Counted from the whole stretch's first letter, positions 31,267-45,336 are shown. The stretch is DNA of 63,295 nt, filler included, from Sphacelaria rigidula (GCA_964200075.2; 4 parts of 4 records of this genome joined end to end with filler, not necessarily neighbours in it), one strand, 5' to 3'. Translations and numbers: made by a program. Notes: generated from the sequence alone by a model not told the origin.

Positions 31267-31599
31267 ACGTTCTTGACAACGTTGCTAGAGGTCGAATGGC
31301 AACACCAGGAGAAGACAGCGTCAAGCTCCATCTGACCCGAAACTTTGGCGACAAGTCAAACAACGGGAATCCCTCGACTACGACTCTTAGCAACGACGCC
31401 AGAGCTCAAATGGCAACACCAGGACGTCAATCCAGATGCTCCACAACTCAGACGACAATGCAAAGAACAGGAATCCCCCAAGTACGACTCTTGGCAACGA
31501 CGCCAGAGCTCAAATGGCAACACCAGGAGAAGACAGCGTCAACATCCAGATGCTCCACAACTCAGGCGACAATGCAAAGAACAGGAATCCCATAAGTAC
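31267..31599. repeat. ~114-bp tandem repeat array (at least 3 copies, cut by the linker)
   Basis: Units start near 31267, 31380 and 31484 and share CAACGACGCCAGAGCTCAAATGGCAACACCAGGA...GGAATCCC; the outermost copy is the most diverged. Confidence 0.9.
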
Positions 31600-31699
31600 N
31601 NNNNNNNNNNNNNNNNNNNNNNNNNNNNNNNNNNNNNNNNNNNTTAATTAATTAANNNNNNNNNNNNNNNNNNNNNNNNNNNNNNNNNNNNNNNNNNNN
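31600..31699. other. Artificial linker/gap
   Basis: N44-TTAATTAATTAA-N44. Confidence 0.98.
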
Positions 31700-32204
31700 T
31701 GGGGAGCACAAAACCACCCTGAAGGGGATTTAGGATAAACGCCCCCGGTCACTTTTTTGGCCGGTTGGGGGGGGGGGGGGGACTATCTCGGCAGCAGTCT
31801 CAGTCGACTTTGTATGCGGGAAAACGCATAATAAGGTCCCAGTGTACCTTCTCAGCTAGGGGAGCTAGAGCGGTATCTAACAATTCGATATGTGGTTGCA
31901 GTGAGCCAGCGGTGCACTTGACTCGCATGTACACATGTTTAGTTCAGTACACGCCAAAATTGTGTACTGCGGGTTCGCCTTAAGTCTCAACGTCACACGC
32001 ACATTGCTTCTCCCAAGCCGGGATCACATGAACAGACTGATTAGGAAACTGCCTCATGAGATCCGTCAATGTTAACCCCGAAACGGTTGCACCGGAAGTT
32101 CTCAAAGGGCGCACCTTTTCTAGTTCAACATGCACGACGGTGTACCGTTTCTAGTCCATTCCCTCTAAGATGTCACGTTGCACGGGGGTGGATGGGATTC
32201 TCAG

Positions 32205-35200
32205 CTCTGGCTGGAGGCAGAAAAGAAGAGGGAAGAGGCGAGGGAAGAGGGCGAGCGGGAACGGATGGGAGCCCAGGACGAAGACGTTGGTGAGAAAGAA
32301 ATATGAGCCTGATACTTGGAGGAATGTCCTCGTTTTCACCTTAGCCGATGATTAGATGCTCATTCGTCGTGCCGGTGGTTAATGGTAGGTACTGCAGCTT
32401 TCACAATGTGCCCATTCCGTTGTCAACATGTTCCATTACTTTCCATGTCGCTCCCAAAGAGAAACATAGTAACGCCCGTCAGTTTTTCATGCATTCATGA
32501 TCGTATAACGGGTACTCCGGCAAGCCAGACAGGCGTATGACAACATCGTTCCGTTCACTAATTAGTGACCACCACGTAAAGTGCTTCGCTTGCAAGCACG
32601 TTCAACAGGGATTTTCCACGTTCTACTGTGCCGCTGATACGCACCCCTGTCTTCCGTCCTGATGGCCAAAAAAGCAGCGTGCATTATATTTGATTTTCCT
32701 GCGCTCGCTTGCCTCCATGTGCAGATGTCATAATCCAAGCCAATATTGCAATAGTTCGAGCGGCAGAACTCAAGGCGGAGCGGAAGAAGGCAGCACGCAA
32801 GGCAGCGGCGCTACAAGCAGTGGCAGACGAGGCCAGGCGCAACCTCGCTTGCCTGCTCATGGCAAAAGAGGTACCACAGGCGTCTCGATCACGTTGCGCA
32901 CCTGACATGTCTCCGCCTACCTATGAAAGACAAAAGCCATTGGTGTTTTTCTTTTTGAAATACTCACGCGCATTGCACAAAATGACGACAGCTCTCGAGG
33001 GAAATTATTCGCGTAATACCTGCACGTATTAACGCGAATTATCGTATCACAGGTTAGTGAACGTCTGATAGACAGAGGCCGGTGTTTTTTTCGAGATCCT
33101 TCCCTTGCTTCCTGATGCAGAAAGAGATCGAGAGGTTCGCTTGCGCCGTACATCTTCGTTTTTACTCTTGCTTGTCGAGGTCGATGTACAAGGCTAGACT
33201 TTTTCTTGCACGTTCACGAAGTATCAAGAATTCGCCAACATGTGGGGAACCACGAAGGGCCTGAACAAACGATGCAGCATTTCTCTGCCTACTTGTGTCG
33301 TGGATGTATGTCGAGAATGAGTAGACACGGGTCGTGCGTCGCACGATGATAAGCAAAATACGGTACTCAAGACTGAGGAGAATGGTAGAGCAGTTGTCGA
33401 TCCACGTTTGTCTGACTGCTGGTATCAACGTAGGAGTTGGAGGTGTAGCTGGGTTGTCTTCGTACACTCAACAAGACGTCGACACCATGATGAGTAGAGA
33501 AATGGGCACGTCAGGATTGCTGCTACGTGTCCTTGGAAAACGCCTCGCATTATTTTTTTTACAGGGAATTCGAGTTGCAGAAAATAAATGGTTTGATTGA
33601 GCGTAAGTCAACCCCCCTCTTCGTTGTTGTCGCGTCTCCTCTCCGACATGTCTCACCAATCTCCCTATGGTATATTGAAGCCGAGTCTGTTTTACACCAG
33701 GATGAACAATCGCGCGAGATTAACGCGGCATGGAGGGAAGTGGAAGCTGAGATAACCGCCAAAATGGTCGCGGTTGCACAGAAGGAGAAGCGAGGGCGAG
33801 TGCATGTGGTTATGGATGCCCGAGGAAACCCGATCGACATTAAACTGTGAGAAACACAAGAATAACCCCATGTAGTATATTCAGGGGCAGTCCAGTCGAC
33901 GAGGCATTACAATACCAGCAACGCTCGAGGAGAATCAGGTGCCCTATCGTGGGAGGCAAGCCTCGATCGACACAAACTGCGGGCAAACGCAAGATGAGCG
34001 GAGCGAACGTTGAAAAGTACCCTGTAGAATAAAAAGATAAAAATTATCTGCACTGTCTAATGTAGAGGATTCAAACCTACGAGTGAAACGACAACGAGTA
34101 TAGATACCACCGTGGAAACATATTTTTCAACCTAGTCATAGACTAACAGAAACTCGTTGATTTTGTGGAGGAGTCACGTCGCTTGCCGTACGCAGTTCCC
34201 TTGTGGCGCGACTGCTGCGTTAGCCTTCGAAATGGCATCGACTAGTATTGATCCATATGTGCCACAGCGATGCATTCGTCCACACTTCCAAACGTTCAGA
34301 GTTTTCTACATTGTCGTACTGGAAGCAAAATATGCCCCAACACCCTTCGACCAATATATTTCTGATCAGACAAAGACAACCTGCCAGTCAACGCACATGT
34401 AACGGTGTTTTCGTAAAATGAGAGTTGAAGGTATGATTGAGAGTGAAAAGCGGTCAATTAGTGAATAAGCCGTTTCAGTTCCGAAATGCACCTCCCCCAG
34501 GCCCGATATTCTCTGTAGTAGCTTGCCATTGAAGCCCTCGATACCCCTGAGTAGGATATCAACGTGTAGCTGTAAGCACATACCGGTGATGAGACGACGA
34601 AAAGCACACACGGGATGTAAATTTGGCCAAGTTGAAGCGAATGATCAAAGCCACTCTCAATCCGCACCCAACTCTCAATCTCATGAAAACTTTGTTATGT
34701 GTGATGTTTATCAGCTGCACTTCACGCTTCTATGCTATAAACACCGCCTGCAGATGGGAAATAGAGTGCACCGTGGAAACAGACAGTGAAGGACGCTTAC
34801 GGCATCGAGAAACGTACGGCCACACCGATGGTTACCAGTTCGATCCACGGGAGGTTTTCCAAGGGGACGGAGGCGGTATTGGAGGCCGGGGTGGGGCATT
34901 AGGGGATGGCACAATTCGCACGGAAGATGACAGGGAAGTATTGGAGCAAAACGGCAGCGATATCCTAGATCCCGAGGGGTTTTTCGAACGAGAAAAGAGG
35001 TTGGTGCAGTTGTAGATTGAGGCACGACAGTAGTGCACGTGCTAGGAACGGGACCGAACCGCCCAAACACGGGGCGACTGGGACTCGTAATATGCGACGA
35101 GCGTACTCCTCTGGCTACCTGTGAAGTATTGCATGTGATGAGCGTTTGCAATCAAAACAGTCTAACAACCTACTGCATCCTTGAGTCGACGCGGAACCCC

Positions 35201-38200
35201 CACGCTCGAGGACCGGATGTTACGGCCTACACGAAACGTCGTGGGTGTGGCCGTCCATTTGTGGGCAAGGACAGCTCCTTGGATCCCCGTCCATCCGAAG
35301 GTTGGACGAATCGTCACCGGTTCGAAACACCAAATCTACGATATTTGAGGCCTGATTACCCGAAGAGAGAAACAAAGATGACTGCGGGCAAAAACAAGTC
35401 TCCACATAAACTTTACGCTATTCCCCGTAGCTGGGGTCCAACGCTGAAAACAAAGCCCAACGATCGATCCGTACGGCACGAATCAGTTACACTAAATCAA
35501 GGAATGTTCAAGATAGATCCTCATTTGTACGACCCTGGTGTCCATGTTGATTTTTTTCTTGAGACAAGATGTACTATGTAAGCCCCCCTCCCCCCGCCCC
35601 CGCAAAACGCGGGCCTACTTTGTAGACACTGTTAACACCGTCCAATTAACCACCCCTAATTAGCGGCTGGAAGATCGATATCTCAGGTGACATGTGTTTC
35701 GGTTGGAGCGGTCTCAAACTACCAGACGGCAGGACTAGCGCTGACCCTTAACGTATATGTTTGGCGCGATATAGCTGTGATATGGTATGATGTATGAGTT
35801 GTGGGCACGATATGACAAACATGCTGAGTGATAACTAGCACATCAACCGCGCGCCATCACACATGGCAGTGGCGTTCGTCGCTATCCAACGGAACAAATG
35901 ATGTCAGACTTTTATCAACCACTCACCCGATTGCTGTGTCAGGTGGATCGAGGCTCTGTTCGCCGCCTCCCGGCCGGAGGACCTGAGCATGCTGTTCCGT
36001 GACAGATTTTCCCCGGAAGAATTTTTCCCGATGGTGCTGAATGAACGAGTAGCTTGGCCCAAGTTCATGGAGATGGCCCGCGATGCCCTGTTCGACCAAA
36101 CGGCGGCCGAGGGAAGCGGCAACACCAACACCAACGCCGGTAGCACTTTGATGGTCCACAGAGTAGGGCTTAAGAGTGGTGGCACTACGGCTGATCTCCT
36201 TCCCGTCACAACGGATTCCGGTCTACACACAAACATAAGTTACGCCGAGGACGCAGTCGGCGGGAACTCCAACGGGAACTTGGGCGATCATACGTCCGAC
36301 TCTGTTGCTTGTCCGAGACTGCCCTCGGGGGCGGGCGAGGCAGCGAGGATGAGGACGGCGACAGAGTGGGGCATTAATGCTAGAAGTGAACTGGCTCGCG
36401 GAAGTAGCGGCGAGGAGGGCGACGGCGGAAGCGGAAGCGGAAGTGTCAAGCGTTGTCGTGGGCGAGCGACGGATGCTTGTAGGGACGGTCGAAGCGCGGG
36501 AGCAAGAGCAGCAGCAGGAAGGGTAGAAGTACGCTGTAAACGCCGTCATGATAAAAGCGGCCGCGGGTGTGGTGCACCAGCCCGCACCGACAGCAGCTGT
36601 TCCAGTGCTGGATCGCACAGGAGCAAGCCGCGAGATGATTTCGTTCCGGAAATTAGCGCTCGCTTTGGCGGCGCCGGTGGAATTCGCACCGATATGATGT
36701 GGGAGTCGGCGGTGGCGGGGAGGACACGCGTCGACTTGTGCACGCCCACCACAGTCACGCTTCTGCGTGCGGGGCAATCGGTTCGGTGTGCCGGCGGATG
36801 TGATACGTGAGCTATGTGAAGATGTTCCTGCTGTTGTTGTTGATATTGTTGTTGTTCCGCTACTCCGCCGTTTGCCTCGATACCTTGCGTCTGTTCCCCG
36901 CCTGTTCGGCCGTTTGCTTGAAACACCGTCCTGCACATAAATCTTGGACCCGCTAGCACGGCTTCCCTTTGTTTTTTCCAAGCTTTTTGGGTTGAAGGCG
37001 GGGCACTAGTTGTTGGAAGCAAGAATTACACGGCTTCGCATCACTTGAATTTCATTCACAAACGTGTTGCGCATGAAGGAAGTGCCTTGCCATGCGCAGG
37101 CATCACGGTCTTGCATTATCGACCAACATTCGCGGTGCATACAGATATCGATCTGTCGCGCCCCGGTTGTCTGATGCTACAGCTGAGACCATTAGAGTGG
37201 AAAAGGACACAGGTTCGATTCTTGCCGTAAGTGTTCGGATTTATTCTTTATAAATATCTGAATTATATCGGTGAAAGGATGCAAACGTGCGTAGAGAGTA
37301 GCACCAAAATTCTGTGTAGAATTTGATTGGTGAGAGTTGACGCGGTGCGGGAATAGTGCGGACCCAGTCCGCGAGACCAAAAATGTCAGGCGCGTACCAA
37401 GGGATAAAATGGATTGATCTTATGATATCACAGACTCGCCTCGAGCAAGGGGAGGGGTCGAAACTATAACGAAAACGAAATTAAAACGCCGTACTCATTA
37501 TGAATATCGTCTACGGGTCACGGTGGGATAGGGCTAGTGTTAGTTTTAGTTATGCAGTGCGGATTAGCGTTAGCATTAGCGTCAGCGTCAGCGTTAGCGT
37601 TAGCGTTAGCGTCAGCGTCAGCGTTAGCGTTAGGAATAGGAATATCGACGTCCATGATGGATACCCATGACGGATGTTCATATCCCAGGTGGGTATCCCA
37701 GATGCATATCCACTATTGATATTCCATTCGGGTATCCATATCCACCATTCACATCCTTGACGGATATCCATTATGGATATCCGTATCCGTGATGATTATT
37801 CGTGAGGGATCTGACATCCATCATAAACGCCCACGATGGCTTTTCCATGTCCACCATGGATACTGCGCGATAATGCAAGGCTCCCAAATGCATGAGATCG
37901 ATACTGGTGGTACGCTCTGCTGCAATCTACGCCCGGTGTGCACGGCATGTTGCCCCCAAGAAACGACAACGTCAGACTATTCCTTGACTGTAGCAATTCC
38001 GCAGTCTACTGCTATCCAGGGACATAGCACAGTCTTTTCATATTGCGTTCCAGCGTGCTCCCCGCCCACCGCAAGCACGCTTCACGCCCTACAAAATGCC
38101 ATATGCCTGCATCCTGTGAACAGTCAATAGTAGTCGACAGAGGGAAACAACGAAGAGGTTATAACCCAGAGTTAACGTGGTACCACCGAGTATGTGTCGC

Positions 38201-41200
38201 TGAGAGCCGCAAATGGCAGAGGAGCCACGGTTGAGACGTCAACAATAACAGCGACCGGCGAATAAAAAAATAAGCTGAGCATGGCGGGGAGAGTAGCCTG
38301 CGTTGCTCCCGGCGAGGGTTGGGGAGGGGGGAAGAGAGGGTAACAGCGAAACTGTCACCCCTATCTCATCCTACCAGTTGTCGCCGTCTCTCCTTGGCTT
38401 GTAGCTTTAGCCCTGTTTCCTTGTTCGGTTTCTTGTTCAAACTTTTGTTTCTCTATGGTCCCTTTCCTTTCTGCTACTTGAGTAAGTCTACGATAGGGGG
38501 GGGGGGGGGGAAGGGGCTTGGGCCAATTGCTGCACGAAGGGCTACTTTGAGAGACGCGGCAAACAGAAATGTCCGCATGAGCTTTTGTAATCGATATCAA
38601 GTTCCTCTCCAAACCAATTGACACCCCTTCCATCCGTACAGAAGTTCATCACCAGTGTATGAGGTCGTGTAACACACCCATGACCCCATTTTTTCGTGCA
38701 ACCAAGCCCCTCTCCCACCCACGCCCCTCGTTGTAGGCGCGGTACTTGTATGTAACGAAGAAAAAAAATGGAAGTGGGAGAGGAGTAATCGCCGATCGTA
38801 GACAAGTATACATACCTCGACGTAGAAACCAGAAGAAGAAATCGTTCTTGGGATGCACACATAAAAAGGTAACAGAAACGAGTAAGGTACAGATAGGCAC
38901 GATGGACGTGATTCTCAGAGGCTCGCACCTAGACACTAGGATCAAGAGATGTATCCTGATGAACGTGATTGTACCAAAGCTGGAATACACAGGAGAAGTA
39001 TGGAAGGGGAACATGAGGTTGGTGAAGAAGTTGGAAAACAGTACAGGTGTCAGCAGCCACGAAAATACTTGGATGCTTGAAAACGGCGAGTAATACAGCA
39101 TTAAGAGCAGAAGTGGGAATGTCCCCACTTAAAACAGAGACAAGATGAAGTTGAAATGGCAACATAGCGTAAAGAAGATGCAAAGAACGAGATTGCCGGT
39201 CATGGTCGAGAGGGCCGTTTGGAAACAAATGATGAAAGGGCAGGCTGGAATAAGGTGGGATAGGGTAGCCGAGAAAATATGGAAAGGGATAGGAAGAAGC
39301 CTATACGAGACAATTTCCATAGGAGAATGTGGGTGGTACAAGACAAAAGTAAGAGACTTGGTATAAATAGGGGAAATAGAAAGGCTGAGACAGAAAGTAG
39401 ACGAGGAAGAGCTCCTGAAGATTTATGGTGGGTTGAGTGAGGGGACGGAAGAAACGTAATGAACGCCGAAATGTTGGAGATATCTCTTTTAGGGGTAGGA
39501 ACGGTGCTCCGGCTCGAAAAGGATGTGTGGTCAATGGTCAAACGACCAAGGCAAGCGACAAATGAGTACCCGTTCCCCCTCCCTCTCCCCCCTCTTGTAG
39601 GATTACTTCTACTCTCTTGTTTCCGTCTTTGCAGTCAGTACCCTCCATTTTATTCGTTCCTGCATTTTCCTCTATCTTTGATACCCTTTCCCTTTTTCTC
39701 TGAGCCTGCCGTATTGATGCCCACGCCTTCTTTCGGTGTAATTGGCAGTCGAAACTTCTTGCCCAACAGTGCGGTTTGACCTGCCTGAGCCATCATCTGC
39801 TCCCATGATGTTGCTTTCTCGAATGGTTTCCTCAAGCGAAGCCCTGCCCGGGAGTCTATCGGCGTTTATCCTGCAACCTGTCGTCTATACGCCCGGCGCC
39901 TATATCAGTTCATTTCGCCTACTATCTCCCGTTTTATTCCTGTTCATCCACCTCCTTGCTCAGGATTCTTCCATCGATTGCGTGCAGTCATTTTCCATAG
40001 GTACGTCTGTCTTTCGACCACGACTGAATTCATAGTGAATCAATTTGGGCGTGCGACGATCGACCAATCCCTGTTTTCCGACACGCTTTGACGGCGCCCG
40101 TACCTACAGGTGGCGAATGTTCCAGTTCGAGCTTCCGTCACTCGGTCCGGTTGTGACCGTTGTCCTGGACGCCATCGAGGGCGACCCCCAATTTTTCGTG
40201 TCTCGCGGAAGGACTCCCACGGGTGCGGGTGCCGGTTGCGGGGAATGGGAGGGCGGCGCGTCGTACAAATCTCTCCGAGTCCTCAAGATATTCCCGCACG
40301 ACCGCAAGTGAGGGAGTGGTTTGGTGCCTTGCCCTTCCCCCCCTATATTGTGCATTACTGAGGTCATTTTCGTCACAAGTAATCTGGTGTACGGGGGAAA
40401 TAATTCCAAAGTTTTACTGGTGGTTCTCCTCGCTGCTAGTCCCTTGCAGCTTTGGGAGCTACACGATTGTTTGCCCGATTCTCGGGTACCCGCAGATCAC
40501 CAATGGATGTCCACAGGGGCTCTTGGAGTCATCCGTGCACCCCGCGAGGATCTGTCGACGGCGATCCGCGGGCAACCGTGACCTTGTTTGAGGATAGCAA
40601 CGCGGGATATCGCGAACTGAGGATGGATTGTTTTTGAGAATGAACCTTGGTAACCCTCATAAGCATCAAAACATATTTTCGAAATGGAAAATCGAGTGTA
40701 CTCACTCTCTGGCAGTGATGCGTGACCTTTGTCTATCCTCAAAATTAATCCATCCGCAATGCGTAATATCCCGTGTTTATACCGAACAATTTCGACCCTT
40801 GTTGGCACGGGATTTTATAGATTGCTATTGATTTGACTCTTTAGGATAAGCGAGGTCACGCGTCGCGACCACATAGTGCATTTCCACTTTATTTTCGAGA
40901 GTATTCCGATGCTTATGAAGGTTTTCCGAGGTCCATCCTCAAGAAAAAACCCGTCCTAAAGTTGTAAAATCCCGTGTTTAACGTCCCCTAGTCATGGGCC
41001 ACTACGGGCGGTGGTGGTTATCCGTGGTCAGGATCTCGCAGGTGCCTTCCGGCGTTATCGTTGGTACTCATGGACTTCCATGAGGAAGTTTGTACGTCCG
41101 GTCACCCCCAGATTTTCGACCATAGACTTCCATCTGCGAATAAGAATCGAGCTGCCCGTGGGCCATAGTCAAAATGATCCATCCCGTGCGGCCGCTCAAG

Positions 41201-43429
41201 GTAGACGCTCTCTCGCTCGATCTATTTGGTCGATCGTGAAATCGAAACGTCTGCAAACTGCTCAAGGTAACGAACGACTGATTTCTGCAGATCCAGTGTA
41301 TACTGGTTGAATATTTAAATACGCTGCGTTTCTATTGGTTTCCATGGGTGTTATTGTCTTGAGTAGAAAGTGCATGCCGCTGACTATCGTCTCGCGCGTT
41401 TCTCTCCTTACTCCTGATGATATCCAACTACCTGTGCTGATTCCTTTGTCAGACGACTGAGATTAGACGCACGAGCATATTACTCTTGTCGGCCGGGCGC
41501 TCCTCGTGGAGCAGGATGATTGTTTGTTCAATGTGGATGATGCAATTCTTCCCCGCTACTTCCACCTCAACAGCTACCACACCACAAACACCGTCTCAAC
41601 TTTCGGTACTACTGCTTGTCGACCCCATTCGAGTGGTTTTGGCCCCAGTGGCAACGGACAGCTTGTCACCCAGGTTTTCTCACCACCGTACGTAAAAAGC
41701 AGATGCACGGGTAGCCGTTACCGACTATTAATCACGACTAAATATGCACCATTACTGTGCGAGGCATCGAAATATATATTCATTTACAGAGACGTGCGCT
41801 TTGTAAAACACCCCGCTGTGAGAACTAGCTGATGTCCTAGCATCGTAATGTCGCACAGACCTAGGAACTCGTGCACCGTTGCTTTCCCCTACAGAGCCGA
41901 GCGAGAGGTATATTCACTGTTGTCTATTGATACCGGGTGAGATGTGTGTCGTGGAGTGCCCGCGGTGCTCATTCCACCTGTGTGCACCCGTGCATCTCAC
42001 CCGATAAATATTGTGGAACGCATGGGGAATCTTGCGAACAACAAACTGCGCAATACCTTGGGCATAAACAACAGTTCTACGGTGGTGAGGGTGCACTTTT
42101 TAATCCAAACCTTTTCGGAGGCTGCACACCAAGGCCCAGATGTTTGTCATCCAGAGGCTCCGACAGTGCAGAGAGCATCAGAAAAAAAATGCGCACCCCT
42201 ACCGTGGAATCACCCCTAGTGATGTTCATAGATGAAGACGTCACCACACCGGTAATACAGTTGTTGGTGTGATGATGGCCAAGAACGTAATCAGTGCTGG
42301 TGTTCCCACACCAGGCACTGATACTACACAAAGACATGTTATCAAAATCAAACCCCGGCGCCATCGCGTGTTTCCTCGATAAACTGGCACAGCTACGCCA
42401 TCGGAGACTACTTCGTCGGAGTACTTTCGAGAGGTCAGGACTCGCGGTTCGTCCTTCGAGTCTCCACGGCCACTGCAGAGGATGAGGTGTCGACTCACAT
42501 GCGTGTGGCGGCGGCGATCGTGGACAACCTCGCCATCATGTCCAAGATGAACCCGCATGTACGTTACAAAGAGAGTGTATATCGCTCCACACGTATATTG
42601 ACCAAGATCAGAAAGGGTTGGTTCTTTGTGGGGTGAGGACCATTGCGTAGGTTGCTGCTGCCTTGACCCGGCGTGAAGTACTGTGAATTCAATGCACCCT
42701 GGACATTGAAACTCAGCCGTGGGGATATATCCTGTGTCTGCTCTCCAAGTGGATAATACAGGCAAGGTTGTAAGATTACGTTTGTCCTTGACGGTTAGTA
42801 ATTGAAGAAACGGGACTGACTCTGCTTCATTACCGTTCTCGTAATTGAGTGGGACGTGTATCCCATTGGAAAATCAGGTGCAGCAGAGTGTTGCCGCGAG
42901 TAAGAACTTCTATTTGGACGTGTATCCAGTTGGAGAATCAGGTGCAGCAGAGTGTTGCCGCGAGTAAGAACTTCTATTTGTTTTGTGGGTACGAAGACGG
43001 TCTAGTTCGTCTTTCGCGTCAAAACCGCTGAAGCATTGCTTGATTCCCTCGCCGAAGACTCAGTTGAACTACCATTGAAGCTGTATGAGCCAGTCATGTT
43101 ATGCTCAAATTACTACAAGCGAGATCATGAGGTGCCGGCGAACCCCGGGGTGCCCTAGCAATTGTGAAGAAAATGTAACGTCGCCAACAAAGGGGCATAG
43201 TCGCTCTGTGTTCTTCAAGCATTGCATATTCTCCATCGTTTTGCTTCTCACCAAGCCTACAACCCTACTGTGCTCCTGTCGCTCACCCACTTTTTCACCC
43301 ACGTCAGCGTCTGATAAAAGACTTCATAGGTGCGCAGCTAGAAGCCAAGGAAACCGGCCGCAAACAGAAAGAACACACAGAAGCCCCTTCTCGGGGCGTG
43401 GGGGTCGCCGACACTCCACGATGGATTCC

Positions 43430-43469
<40 letters not shown>

Positions 43470-45336
43470 CAACAACAACTACGGGACCTGAAATCGCAGC
43501 GGAATACGGCGACCCAACTTCCAGACGTACTTGCGTTACCAGTTGGTAGTAGGGATAGACTGACACGCGAAAATACAAACATCTACGCGACCAGCCCAGT
43601 GGAACCAATGCTTACGGGCGGAGGTGAACATCCAGAACGTTTCAGTTCCCACTTCGCCCCCGTTCTCGTGGAAGAGATCCTTGCGTTCTTCCCCGAACGA
43701 ACATCCCCCGACGCGGCCGGAGATGTGTCCTGTCGGGCGTCGGCAGTGCTCCGACAAGAAGACGATTACTTGCTTCCAGAAAATCCCGAAATACATCCTG
43801 TACAAAACGCAGGAGGAGCGGTAGTAGGCCCGGATGCTGCGTTCGCGGTGGATCCCTTTCCAGCGCTGTCGCGTCGGGAAGCAAAACTGTGTCACCCCAT
43901 AGCGATTCTAGACGACAGGATGGCGCGAGCGCGCCCCCTCGGTCCGACTGCGTTTTCAGTCTCCGCCGCGACCGCCGTTTCTACAGCTTCGCTGGACGAT
44001 CTACGGACCAATGGCGATGGCGACCCCGCTACCCCCGCCCCCGGTGGGGTAGTGAACAGTCGGGGAGGAGGAGAGAAGGGGAGTGCTGGCGGCGATTGGG
44101 GGCGTGGTGGTGAAATAAGTGGGCGTTCCGACGGTATCGAAACCATCCAGCCTTCCAGTCATGGAAGATCTCGTCGGAGGCTGTCAGTGCCTTATGTGCC
44201 GATTGAACCCGGTGAGGGGAAGAAATGGGGTGGGGAAGAGGGAGCGGGGAATAAAAGCGATTGCTTTGCAAAAAGGAGACGACCATGGACGACGCCGGAG
44301 TTTGGGGGCGGGCCGGGGCTGGGCCGAGAAATGGGGAGTAAAGGACAGGATATAGCGCCTGCTAGGTGAGGAGATCGATGAAGCATACCTGCTTGCGTAT
44401 GCGGCCTGATAAAAAACACTGAGATTCGCTCTGCAACTACTGTACTCTCTCTCGAATCGTTCGCGTTGCCCGACGCTCATGTATCATGTGATCTGCAGAC
44501 AACCAGGGGCTTTACGTGTAGCGATCACGCGTCCCTGCCGCCCCGATTTCCACCCTTCTTTTGCCATCCCGTTTCGTAGCTACGTCGTGACACAAGTCAG
44601 TAATTCGCTTCAGCGCAAGATGGCGTGTGGTGACCTTCGTGCGCGTCGACGATCCGCGGCGGACAGCGTAAATAGGTTGCTCCAAAAAAGCGGGATGAGC
44701 GGCACCGCGGCGGCGACCAGCATTGAAGCTGGAAATCTCGCACAGCGCTCGTCGATCTCCGGAAACAAGACACTTTCATCTAGCGCGCTGAGTCAGCATC
44801 ACGAGGGCGGCGTAGATCACGATACCACTGATGCTGAGAAGCCAGCAGTAAGGCGCCACCGTAGTAAACAGTCGCTGAAACCAGAAAGCTTTCGGCATAC
44901 ACAAACGCTATCGCCAGAGTGGAACAGGGACCGCGACCACCGCACCGGGCCATTTCAGTTCCGGGGCGAAGAAGGTACGGCGATCAGGCTTTCCCCGTCC
45001 CCTTCATTACGTCGCCCCTGGTCATCCAAGGCCTCTTTGACCACCACGGTTTCTCAGCTACCGTCGACGAGAGCATCCACTGTGTGTGATAGCGCTGCCA
45101 CCGGCGGAACACGCACAGGAGCAGTAGGTACCATATTGGCTGCGGCTCGGGCGGGAGCAGAATCCCGGCAAGCCTTGGCCCGGGCCAAACCTACCTTGTT
45201 CCCGGAGATTATCGCTGGAGAGGGCGGGAGGGGTGGCCTGGCCAGCAGGGGGGCAGTAGGATGGCAAAGCGAATTGTCTGGCGTTGGGTTGGAGCAGCAC
45301 CTCATGCGAAACCCCGGCCGTACGTATTCGTCTTAG
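32205..45336 (+). CDS. Multi-exon host gene of unknown function (coiled-coil, PPC-like beta domain, poly-Q), 5'-partial; exons 32205-32289, 32725-32870, 33701-33846, 34754-34999, 35943-36806, 40110-40307, 42393-42558, 43308-44365, 44580-45336
   Basis: All eight introns are GT-AG and phase-compatible, giving one open frame. WRMFQFELP...VTVVLDAIEGDPQFFVSRGRTPT...YAIGDYFVGV...FVLRV resembles a pre-peptidase C-terminal (PPC)-like fold. Confidence 0.8.
37564..37790. repeat. (TTAGCG/TCAGCG)n hexamer tract followed by ATATCC/ATGGAT low-complexity repeats
   Basis: Direct reading; intronic. Confidence 0.75.
38870..39570 (+). mobile_element. 5'-truncated, decayed LINE fragment (intronic)
   Basis: HLDTRIKRCILMNVIVPKLEYTGEVW looks like a post-RT region; homologous to 58980-59470; ends in the shared 3' tail. 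Confidence 0.8.
42852..42979. repeat. 64-bp tandem duplication
   Basis: GGACGTGTATCC...GTAAGAACTTCTATTT x2 with few mismatches. Confidence 0.9.
43431..43478 (+). repeat. (CAG)n(CAA)n coding microsatellite, 16 Gln
   Basis: In frame within exon 43308-44365. Confidence 0.9.

Larger units (their letters stand above)
15851..31599. mobile_element. Giant-virus (Nucleocytoviricota, phaeovirus-like) genome segment, probably an endogenous viral element
   Basis: Intron-less, tightly packed ORFs with short AT-rich spacers. Contains a divergent PCNA, a conserved NCLDV protein, an oligoribonuclease and a thaumatin-like gene (types I recall from phaeovirus EsV-1). Several genes are disrupted. No host-virus junction is visible. 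Confidence 0.88.

Noticed and set aside
31267-31599. CRISPR-like array
   Set aside because: Whole units repeat with no unique spacers, and no cas genes are present.
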